Position numbers and translations under genes: made by a program. 64,000 bases of DNA from Octopus vulgaris. Taxonomy: Eukaryota. Location of the stretch: positions 21,204,001 through 21,268,000 of the forward strand of contig OX597835.1 of NCBI GenBank assembly GCA_951406725.2, read 5' to 3'. The first letter of the stretch is position 1. Each line of letters opens with the position of its first letter. Shown one piece after another: positions 53,408-64,000 of the stretch. Below the pieces are notes generated by a model. It made no database searches, was not told the DNA's origin, and saw only the letters and a list, made by a program, of their open reading frames with translations.

Positions 53408-54310
53408 TATGTTTCTATACAACTCTGTTTTTTTTTTAGTTGCTATAGAAACTTGATGTGCGAATGTGTATCTGTCCATATGGGCATTTGTATTTGAAAA
53501 TAAAATGGACGTGTCACGGCTAGAACGCTTTAATTAGAATATGCTTCCACTTTCTAGTCCGATGAAGAGTTAACCTGTAACAGAACCAGTTAAATAATAA
53601 GATCAAAACCCTTTGATATCCGATATGATAACAATGCTATTTGTATTCATTAATGTACGACAATGTCATCATCGTGGTTTCTATGTCCCTCACTTTCAAA
53701 CTAATTTAATAATCACACATCATTAAAACAAATCAAATATTGACATAGCGCTGCTTGTCTTTATTGATCCACACAACAATTCATTAACTAAAGCGAAAAA
53801 CGCTAGAAGTGCTGTATTGTAATACATTTAACACTTTCAGTGCCAGATAAAATAACTGGAATCCTAAGACTTTGGTGCTGGTCTGTGTCGATGTAAGTTA
53901 ATCCATAAATTTTGTGAAAAAGCACACACACACATACACACATATATATATATATATAAACTGTACTGGGAGAAAAATAAACGAAACGAAACGAAACGAA
54001 ACGAAACGAATCGAATCGACGCGACGGCGCTCAGTCATACAATAGTGTAATAAATAAAATATATGCATACACACATACATATATGTACGTACCTACATCT
54101 ACATGTATATATACATGCATAGATAAATATATATATACGTGAGTACAGGACACCACAAATAGACGCAGAACTCAACGAGAACGAAAACGTAAAAACAAGC
54201 ATGGAACGGACCTTTTTTTTACAACGAAAACAGAGTACAAGACAAACTACACAAGGAAAAATCCCCTTCATCAGCTGTCCCTAGTTCAACTCCAGCGTGT
54301 TTCGAAGGTG

Positions 54311-54339
<29 letters not shown>

Positions 54340-54341
<2 letters not shown>

Positions 54342-54520
54342 ACGCTAGCCACTGCACACTTTTTTTCTCTCCTTGTTTCTTTCTGTGTTCCTTTCTGTGG
54401 AAGAGCGTAGGCTCGAAACGTTAAGGACTTTTTCAATTTCTGAGCGTTATACTAATACATCTGTTTGTTTTCTACACCACCTGTCTTCGTCTTTTGTTGT
54501 TTTTTTTTGTGAATTCTCCC

Positions 54521-54525
<5 letters not shown>
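54340..54525 (+). mobile_element. TA-embedded repeat with a variant minimal hammerhead (54389-54427)
   Basis: UCCUUU-CUGUGGA-A-GAGC GUAG GCUC-GAAA-CG-UU-AAGGA; the core deviates from CUGANGA. Confidence 0.5.
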
Positions 54526-54569
<44 letters not shown>

Positions 54570-54570
<1 letters not shown>

Positions 54571-54727
54571 GAAGTGGCTGTGTGGTAAGTAGCTTGCTTA
54601 CCAATCACATGGTGCAGGGTTTAGTCCCACTGCGTGGTACCTTGGCCAAGTGTCTTCTACTATAGTCTCGGGCCGACCAAATCCTTCTGAGTGGATTTGA
54701 TAGACGGAAGCTGAAAGAAGCTCGTCG

Positions 54728-54761
<34 letters not shown>

Positions 54762-54975
54762 CGTGCGTGTCTGTGTCTGTGTTTGTCCCCCCAACATCGC
54801 TTGACAACCGATGCTTGTGTGTTTACGTCCCTGTAACTTAGAGGTTCGGCAAAAGAGAGACCGATAGAATAAGTACTAGGTTTACAAAGAATAAGTCCTG
54901 GGGGCGATTTGCTCGACTAAAGGCGGTGCTCCAGCATGGCAACAGTCACATGACTGAAAAAAGAGTAAAAGAGTA
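54570..54975 (+). mobile_element. SINE family B
   Basis: Matches 12315-12735. Confidence 0.88.
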
Positions 54976-55929
54976 TATATATTCGTGGATTTTGATTGCA
55001 GTGAGGAGTTCGACATTTCAGTCATTCTTCCTTCGTCGTGCACAATGAAAATATTACATTAACACCATGGTTCTGATGGTGTTATTCGCATCTATAATCG
55101 TTTTAACTTTCTCTGTTTCCCGAAGAACAACTATAGAAAAGGTAGGAATTTTTTTACTCCGTATGGATATTCAAATCAGAAATATTTTTTGATTTCATTC
55201 ATCTGATTAAGTGTGAGTAATAAAGATAGAGGGAGGTGGAGATAGTGAAAGATAGGTGGATACAATAACAGAGAAAGCAGATCAAGCATGCTTAGAAGAG
55301 AAGAAGAAATATAAGACTATAAAACTTATCTAAAATAAAACAAGCTAAAATATTTTATCTGGCGGCTAAAAATGATAATTTTGAAACAAAAACATGAAAA
55401 GGGTTTTGACAAGCTTAGCAAAACACAAGATGACAAAGTTAATTTATTAATTATATTAATTCTTAAAGTTGAAGTATATATTATTTCATTTTTTGCCCCT
55501 TTACTTGATTACGATATTCGGTTGAATTCATGTTGATATTTTTAAGGGTATATTTTTAAATTTAAATCGTTAAACACAAGGTTGGTCGAATATAAATAGG
55601 TTCCTAAGTAATCTGTTCGTAGAGAGGTAAAGTACGGCAGTTGCTGATGAAATTCCACAGTTCAAATCATTATGCTTGCAAGCATATTGAGCACATTGTG
55701 AGTATAACTGTATTATTTCTATCAGTAAAATAGAGTGTTGTAACAGAGGGCTGTAACATAGTGTTGTAACAGAGTACTGTAACATAGAGAGCGGTAATAT
55801 AAAGATTATTTTTACTGACTTTTCTCTTGACTTTGCTAGTATTTTCCTGCTATCATCATAGTATTGTTGTTGTTGTTGTTAGTGGTAGTTGTCGTAACAG
55901 TAGAAATAATACCTCTAAGTATTTGTATT

Positions 55930-56300
55930 ATTTTTTTATTTAGCTTGGGTTGGAATTTATTAATAAAGTTCTTTTCTCTGATTTGTCTCTCAATTTCACT
56001 TGGACTGTGTATTTTGTAGAATGGAAATATAAATATTTTCCAACAGCATGTTGCTAGATGGTTACTCAAAGGTATCAGACGGTGTACACGTGAACGTTCT
56101 GATAGTGCATTTCCAGTCTGATCTACATATAGTTCTTCACAATTAGTGCATTTGATGCAGTAAATTAAATTTCTGCTTTTGCAGTTCATATTCGGTTTTT
56201 GTGTTCATATATTGGCCGACATGTATGAATCGGCATGTGCCATATCGGCTATCATTGCATTTAGATACAGGGTATCTTTGCCTTTGTCAATAAATTTTTC
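55930..56300 (-). pseudogene. Penelope-like element GIY-YIG endonuclease (Neptune-like)
   Basis: CKSRNLIYCIKCTNCEELYVDQTGNALSERSRVH...RE..FI.KFQPKLN; upstream KCNDSRYGTC resembles the Cys linker motif of Neptune elements. Confidence 0.85.
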
Positions 56301-56579
56301 AGGTTTTTAGGCAATCTTTTACTAAGAACCATAGCTCGATTTGTGATTATATATTTCTATATATGTACATTTATATATATATATATATATAAACTTAGAT
56401 AAACTTAGATATGCTTCGACCAAAGATTGGTCCACGCCATGTCTAACTTAATAGCACCACCTAATAGGATTATCTAAATCCTGTTTAAGTCAAATTTTGT
56501 TTATGGTCCATTCATGTAGTGAGTTCTTGTTGGGTGAGTTGTATCCAATTATGGGTGGCTTATCCGGTATTCCTTGACG

Positions 56580-56651
<72 letters not shown>

Positions 56652-57121
56652 TATATATATATCTAACATGCATATATATGTGTGTGTATGTGTGTATATG
56701 TATGTATGTACGTATGTATTATGTATGTATGTGTTTATGTATGTATGTATTTATATACGTGTATATATTATGCAGTGTATAGTGCCACTTGAGAAAGACT
56801 TAGCAAATATTCTTTACAAGTAGTGTGAAAGTTCAACTTTTTCCTTGTTAGCGCGGTCATATATGGTTTCTGTAGTTAACTGTGATTTGAAATGAGAAAA
56901 GTAAAACAAATACATACTTAAATAAATAAATAAAAACAGAACACTTTAGTGATTATGTGCGTACATTCAATGTAAAGACATGATTCCATATTTGGTGTGT
57001 TTACTGAAGAACTATCAGAAGAATCATTTCTGGTGAAAATGATTCCCAGAATCGATTAGGAAATTGATTTTTATATGTCATTTCGTTCCTGTAATTGTTG
57101 GCTTTATACATTTCATATATA

Positions 57122-57156
<35 letters not shown>

Positions 57157-57331
57157 TTATACATGTATTACATGTATGTATTACATGTATGTATGTAAGT
57201 TCTTACGTATAAGTACACATGTATATGCATATATCTCTATATATACGTCTTAAAAGAAATAGCTCTCTATATATGCATATGTATATGTATGTTTGTATAT
57301 CTACATTCATATAGTGTTCAACTTCATATGT

Positions 57332-57384
<53 letters not shown>

Positions 57385-57548
57385 GCGTATGTATGCGTAT
57401 ATGTGTGCTCACGCGTATGGTGACTTTTCTGTGAAACGTATTTTTACATACATAAACCTATATCCTTGTTTATACTTATATTAAAATTATATATGTGAAT
57501 GCTCAGTTCTAATATTATCGAAGCATCAACAGCAGTACCATTAGTAGT

Positions 57549-57619
<71 letters not shown>

Positions 57620-58286
57620 CAAAAAACAACAAACAGGTAAAAATCGATCGGCAAGAAGTTACTTCTATAAATATTATCATAATTCTGGTGAATTCTGATA
57701 CGGCTTTGCGTTGGTTTAAATTCAAACCATTGATAATGTTTTCCCTTTCTAACATTAAGGAATAACAAACATCCCTTATCTCCTTCATAATCGTGATTAC
57801 TAAATGCGTTCCTTTATGCGTGCACGTCCCTATTTTCCTTATGCGTATGTATGTGTGTGTGTGTGTCAGGGAGATTGTCTGGGTTTCAGTATATAATGTA
57901 TGTGTGAATTATATATATACATATATATAATACGTGATAATTATTAAAACTATTATATCAGGATATACTTACGTATACATGTTTATATATGCATATATTT
58001 ATAAGTGCATATATACACATGGGTGTGTATATGTACGTGTGTGTTTGGTTTTTTTTTGTGGGGTGATGTTGTGTGTGTGTGTTATTGTGGTGTGTTCCTG
58101 TGACGGTGTGACACATACGCACATACACATCCACCATAATATACAAAGCATATTTCCAAAGCACAAAAATAGTACACATACACACGCATACATTCACAGA
58201 TTAGTATATTCCAAAGTCACACACACAAAAAAAAACACGCATCATATATTAACACGCACGTGGTAGCATATTAACCACACACACAC

Positions 58287-58328
<42 letters not shown>

Positions 58329-58636
58329 AACAAAATAAATTAATTCCTGCTAAATCCTTTGAATGACCATCCTTAACCACCGGCCGCATTCTCTCAATAG
58401 AATAAATGAAATGTTTTGACAATATATTCCAAAACACACACACAGCTGGCCATATTCTGAACAGAAACCGCCCCAGCACGGCCACAGCTCGTGAGCTGAA
58501 ACTAGAATCAATCAATCAATCATTCAATTCAAAGGGTTTCTTTTCAATAGAATTCCTTAAACTCTTGGTCCGCACCGAAAACTACACAGACAAACCGTAT
58601 ATAAGGTGTGCTTCTAAAGTAAAACTTCACTATACG

Positions 58637-58758
58637 TAGGAGTGGCTGTATGGTAAGTAGATTGCTTACCAACCCCATGGTTCCGGGTTCAGTCCCACTG
58701 CGTGGCACCTTGGGCAAGCCTTGTGAGTGGAAACTGAAAGATGCCCATCGTATATATG

Positions 58759-58809
<51 letters not shown>

Positions 58810-59160
58810 TGCGTGGCATCTTGGTCAAGTGTCTTCTGCTATGGCCCCGGGCCGACCAATGCCTTGTGAGTGGATTTGGTAGACGGAAACTGAAAGAAGC
58901 CTGTCGTATATATGTATATATATATATGTGTGTGTGTGTGTGTTTGTGTGTCTGTGTTTGTCCCCCTAGCATTGCTTGACAACCGATGCTGGTGTGTTTA
59001 TGTCCCCCGTTACCTAGCGGTTCGGCAAAAGACACCGATAGAATAAGTACTGGGCTTACAAAAGAATAAGTCCCGGGGTCGAGTTGCTCGACTAAAGGCG
59101 GTGCTCCAGCATGGCCGCAGTCAAATGACTGAAACAAGTAAAAGAGTAAAAGACTAAGAG
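58637..59160 (+). mobile_element. SINE family B with partial internal duplication
   Basis: TGCGTGGCA.CTTGG.CAAG...GCCTTGTGAGTGGA segment occurs twice, separated by (TA)n. Confidence 0.8.
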
Positions 59161-59243
59161 TATACATTATTTACATCATTTACATTATTTACATTTGACG
59201 GATATTTGTCCTCATCTTGTTTGTTGTTAACACAACGGTTCGG

Positions 59244-59283
<40 letters not shown>

Positions 59284-59295
59284 CGTACACACACA

Positions 59296-59372
<77 letters not shown>

Positions 59373-59399
59373 TGCAAACAACTTGCAGATGCAATTGCT

Positions 59400-60340
59400 A
59401 CCAGTTGAGCACTCCCCATACCGGAGGCTAGCAAATTTATGGGTTCCTCGGGAGAGAATGCGCGGCGTTTCGGAGCCTACTTCACGATGGCATCATTGCG
59501 CACCGCCCCCAACCCACTCACTGAAATAAGGCCCTGCTAGCCATTGCTCATCGTCTCTTTTTAACCAAATCCAGTGGCTTGCTTTTTCCTCCGTAGTTTG
59601 GATATTTCTCATGGTGGTATTTACTTTATGATGACTTAGGCCTAACAATAACAATAGTTGCCTCACACTATGTCAGACGAATCGTCTTCATCCAACTTCG
59701 ATTGGAAAATATTCTGCTTTCCAGCCTGCATCTTCACATTCCTCGAGTAGGTTTTCATAACGGTCAATCTTTCAAGTCCGAGAAGCGTCCATGTTATCTT
59801 CATGAGGAACGAACAACTCGACAAAATTGACCACTTTCTTTTTTTCACACAAAATGACGATATCCGTTTTTTTTTTTTTTTCGTAACTGGAATGGGAAAG
59901 AATCCTTGGCACCCTAGTAAATCTGCAGCCGCCTTCCAATAACCGTTCCATTTTCCATCGCTCGTAGAGAGTTTCTTCTTTTTCAATCAGATCTGTTGTT
60001 CTGAGTGCACGAAAGTAATGAAATCTCTGGTTGGTTCTTACAGTAGTTTTCTGTCACTGTTGATGACGGCAGGCTGGTTCTTTATAGCATTGAAGAAAAC
60101 CTTTAGCCCTAGGCTGTGTCTCCATGTATATCTATTCAATACCAGTAGACAGTTGGAAAGAATATGTTTCAGTGTTCCGACTTTTCTGTATATATCATCT
60201 GTATATATCCTTTTCTGATACGTTCCATCATATTAGCTTTGTAGGCGATGGAAAGACATCGTAGAATGAATGAATCGTGGTTTGAACCGATCTCTGCCAT
60301 ATCCAAGTCCCTATTTATGAATATGTGTTGAACCCACCAT
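59400..60340 (-). pseudogene. Decayed RLE-type LINE 3' part (HERO-like)
   Basis: GTLKHILSNC...RYTWRH; DIV..VELFVPHEDN..KIDRYENLLEECEDAGW...PIEVG; KASHWIWLKR; several frameshifts. Confidence 0.75.
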
Positions 60341-60374
60341 TTCTCGGTGTGTGTAAGAGAGAGAGAGAGAGAGA

Positions 60375-60409
<35 letters not shown>

Positions 60410-61091
60410 TGTGTATGTATGTATAAATACATATATATGTGTGTGTTTGTGCATATATATATATATATATACACACATACACATATACACACACACATAT
60501 ATATATATATATATATTATCCCTTTAGGCGCATTAACGTAACATAGACCAATGCTTAGGCTTAACTAGACCAATAATCCATCGTAGATAACATTATTCAC
60601 AAATCTACTACCGTTCATTATTTGTCTCTCGGTGCCGAAGCACCATAAAGCTACTCCTAATTTCAATTAATGTAAAATCTTCTTGATGTTTAATCACGTT
60701 TTCCTTTACTTATGCGATTAACTATGACGAAATGTTAATACAATTAGAAGAGCCTTATGAGTCGACAGCATGATACTACATGTATAGAGATTCTTGATAA
60801 GATGGTCGGTTAGATGGATGGATGGATGGAGGACCTGTTCAGTTTCGATTACAATTTTTTAAAATTATTATTGTGTTTTTTTAACTAAACAGTTTGAAAC
60901 TTCGTATACGGTGTAATTTCTTACGTTGAACACGGTTTACTTTCAACGTTTTTGACAAAATTTCATGTTTTAGAAGTTATTTCGTGTTAAAGTTGTCGTA
61001 TTTGAGTACTTTTAATCAATCAACGACGTGTATTCAGTATTGTGTTTAGTATACGCAATGTCACTTAAATCAATATACTACATATTTGTAA

Positions 61092-61174
<83 letters not shown>

Positions 61175-61379
61175 TACATGTGTGTGTGCGTGTGCAATAT
61201 ATATATATTAGAATACCTCATTAAGTATGTGGTATTAGCTGCTTTTGGTCCTCGAAAATTCCTTTTAAGGTCGTATATTGTTAAGTAAAGGAACAGAGCG
61301 AGATGACACGATATTGGCCCAAATGTTATGATGAGAATGGTAGATGCAGTATTTCGCTGCAGCACCAACAGCAGCTTGT

Positions 61380-61575
61380 AGTGGAGGCTCAATGGCCCTG
61401 TGGTTAGGGCAACGGGCTCGCGGTCGTAAGAATGCAGTTTCGATTCCCAGACCGGGCATTGCGAGTGTTTATTGAGCAAAAACACCTAAGCTTCACGAGT
61501 TTCCGGTGGGGGAGGGGTGAACCTCGCTGTACTCTTTCACCACAACTTTCTCTCACTCTTTCTTCTTACTTCTTC
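61380..61575 (+). mobile_element. SINE family A, diverged 5' part
   Basis: GTGGAGGCTCAATGGCCCTGTGGTTAGGGC head. Confidence 0.8.
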
Positions 61576-61855
61576 CACAAAGCAGAGGAACCATGGTGTA
61601 ACCCACTATGGTGTGGTAAACTTTCAGACTCTAGTCTAGATTGCGAATCCTCTGTACCCAGGATGATTCAGCTCTCCACCCGTTAAAAGCCACCGTTTAC
61701 CTAATGAGGATAACAACATAGCTTTCGCAACCCTGCAACCGCCAGTCTATCGCGTGTGGTAGGTGGATCTTCAAGTTGTCACACGCATTCTTAGTAGCTT
61801 AGAGTAGGCTCGAATTAGAGATTATTCTTTGTGGCTAATGGCGTGAGTCCTGATT

Positions 61856-62192
61856 GGAAGAGGAAGAAGAAGAAGAAGAAGAAGAAGAAGAAGAAGAAGA
61901 AGAAGAAGAGGAGAAGAATGTGGTGGGGGAGAGAAGTGGATGTGGCGGTGGAGGAGGGGGAGGGAGAAGAAGAAGTGGGGGCGAGGAGGAGGAGGAGGAG
62001 GAGGTGGAGAAGAAGAAGAGGGAGGAAGAAGAAGAAGAAGAGGAGAAGAATGTGGTGGGGAGGGGGGAAGAAGTGGATGTGGCGGTGGAGGAGGGGGAGG
62101 GAGAAGAAGAAGTGGGGGCGAGGAGGAGGAGGAGGAGGTGGAGAAGAAGAAGAAGGAGGAGGAAGAAGAAGAAGAAGAAGAAGAAGAAGAAG
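61856..62192. repeat. (GAA)n/(GGA)n tract with a ~130 bp tandem duplication
   Basis: GAGAAGAATGTGGTGGG...GTGGATGTGGCGGTGG appears at about 61911 and 62043. Confidence 0.85.
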
Positions 62193-62528
62193 GCAGCTTG
62201 TCAACGCTGAGAATGTGCTCCGCCTGCGAAGCGAAATTGGAATCTCTATTCTAAAATATTTTCATATAGTACTCAATCTATATATATATATAACCTAGTG
62301 TAATCGTGGAATACATCACGAATTTAGGTCATGACATCTGATAAATAGTGAAATGAAATTGTATTTTAATTAAACTATCTAATTGAAACGCATGTTCCTG
62401 ATGTTCAAATCTATCCGTACGTTTTTCTTTTTTATTTATGTGCTTCTGTTTGTGTGTGCATGAGTATGCGCAGGCATACGTATGTATATACATATGTGTG
62501 TGTTAGTGTGTGTGTATATATATGTGTC

Positions 62529-62914
62529 TGTGGAGGCGCAATGGCCCAGTGGTTAGGGCAGCGGACTCGCGGTCGTAGGATCGCGGTTTCGATTCCTAGA
62601 CCGGGCGTTGTGAGTGTTTATTGAGCGAAAACACCTAAAGCTCCACGAGGCTCCGGCAGGGGATGGTGGTGATCCCTGCTGTACTCTTTCGCCACAACTT
62701 TCTCTCACTCTTACTTCCTGTTTCTGTTGTACCTGTATTTCAAAGGGCCGGCTTTGTCATTCTCTGTGTCACGCTCTGAATATCCCCGAGAACTACGTTA
62801 AGGGTGCACGTGTCTGTGGAGTGCTCAGCCACTTACACGTTAATTTCACGAGCAGGCTGTTCTGTTGATCGGATCAACCGGAACCCTCGTCGTCGTAACC
62901 GACGGAGTGCTTCC
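62529..62914 (+). mobile_element. SINE family A, full length
   Basis: 11 bp TSD ATATATGTGTC at 62518 and 62915. Confidence 0.92.
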
Positions 62915-63709
62915 ATATATGTGTCACGCGTATTCGTCACTGTTTACGTCTGTATCTTTCGCTATACGTACACACCTCTTTGAATTTGTATACGCGATCG
63001 CTACCTCAGTTACATACAGACGGGATTGGCAGAGTAAAGTTATCATAATATCTCTTCCTTCCTTCCTTCCTTCCTTCCTTCAATCTCTTTGATTCTAAAA
63101 GTCTATCTATCTTATTTTCCTTTTATTTTATTTTAGACGTTTAAGATTTACTTTCGTTTCAATTGTGGGCTGAAGTAGTATTTGGTGAGCAGAATAAACT
63201 TGTGTATATATGTGCGTGTCTAGTTTAAGTGTTTAAGATCACACGTACATCGATTACTTGAGAACGCTGTTTCTGGATTAGTTGAATACAAAGATCAACA
63301 TTTCCTTCGTCAGCTCAAGTTTCTTTAGATACATATATATATATATGTATGTATGTATATATGTATGTATGTATTTCTTGTACATTATATGTGTTTGAAC
63401 CAATGTATACCATGTTGGCGTCGCAATGACAAATATTACATTTTATGCCATGATCAGGGAACTTTAATACATGGAGGCTCGGAATATTATAAATAGAAAC
63501 CAATGTAAATATCCATATGTGTGCGTATGCTTCTCCATTTGTATATGTCGCCTGTGTCTGTATATTTGTACACGCACACTCACTTTTATGAATATGCGTA
63601 TGTCTATCTATCTGGTCTCTGTGACCAATGTGGTGTATATATGCTTGCGTCTATCTCTTATATATCTTCGAGTTCCTCTCACTGCGAACACCTCATTTTA
63701 GATTGTCCG

Positions 63710-64000
63710 TCTCGGGATCTTTTCGGTTTGAACGGCAGTTTTTTCTAGCGGTGTCATATAAAATTGTCACCCATAATTATGACCCTAGAATCGATCTATT
63801 GCATTTCAATCTATTTTAGGGTTAGGGTTAGTTAGTGTTAGTTAGGGCTAGGATTAGGGTTAGGGGTGGGGGAAGGGTATATTTTTTCTTCACAAATGTA
63901 AATAAACCCAATCCGTTTCTTAAACGAGGGACATATTAATACGGCACAGAATGCTTTTTAACTCAATAGACGTCAGTGATTGGTTGAAATTGCAGAAATT
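63710..64000. mobile_element. Interspersed repeat with a short internal TTAGGG-like stretch (63816-63866), truncated by the window end
   Basis: Short imperfect TTAGGG run; GTGATTGGTTGAAATT resembles the reverse complement of ~61005-61025. Confidence 0.45.

Noticed and set aside
53555-53625. CCGATGA...TTGATA hammerhead-like spacing
   Set aside because: Core too degenerate and no clear stems I or III.
55638-55710. CAGTTG-CTGATGA...TAACTG hairpin beside the GIY-YIG remnant
   Set aside because: GAAA and stem III are missing; at most a deleted remnant.

Overview
Eukaryotic, AT-rich, microsatellite-saturated DNA with no intact host gene I can support. The SINE families and the (TA)n/(TG)n/(TAA)n density suggest a coleoid cephalopod (octopus); this is inference from recalled repeat families, not a database match. 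Almost all long ORFs in the track are low-complexity artefacts. The real coding remnants are all transposon-derived: R4/Dong-type RT-RLE LINE pieces, an RTE fragment, a HERO-like RLE fragment, a Penelope (Neptune-like) GIY-YIG, hAT, Tc1 and maT transposases, and a CCHC gag-like ORF. The centre of the window is a ~4.1 kb head-to-head telomeric array, (TTAGGG)n then (CCCTAA)n. Its right end runs straight into a 5'-truncated, gag-only retroelement whose 3' end shares a motif with a ~190 bp hammerhead-like cassette inserted into a nearby hAT. The best candidate for a novel system is therefore a telomere-capped, HeT-A/Athena-like element. Inverted and direct segmental duplications surround the array. 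Throughout the window, several unrelated short elements sit inside (TA)n with one shared 'inverted copy without tail + copy with tail' layout, and several carry hammerhead ribozyme motifs, as Penelope-like elements do. Coordinates were read by eye and may be off by a few bases; no alignment or folding was run.
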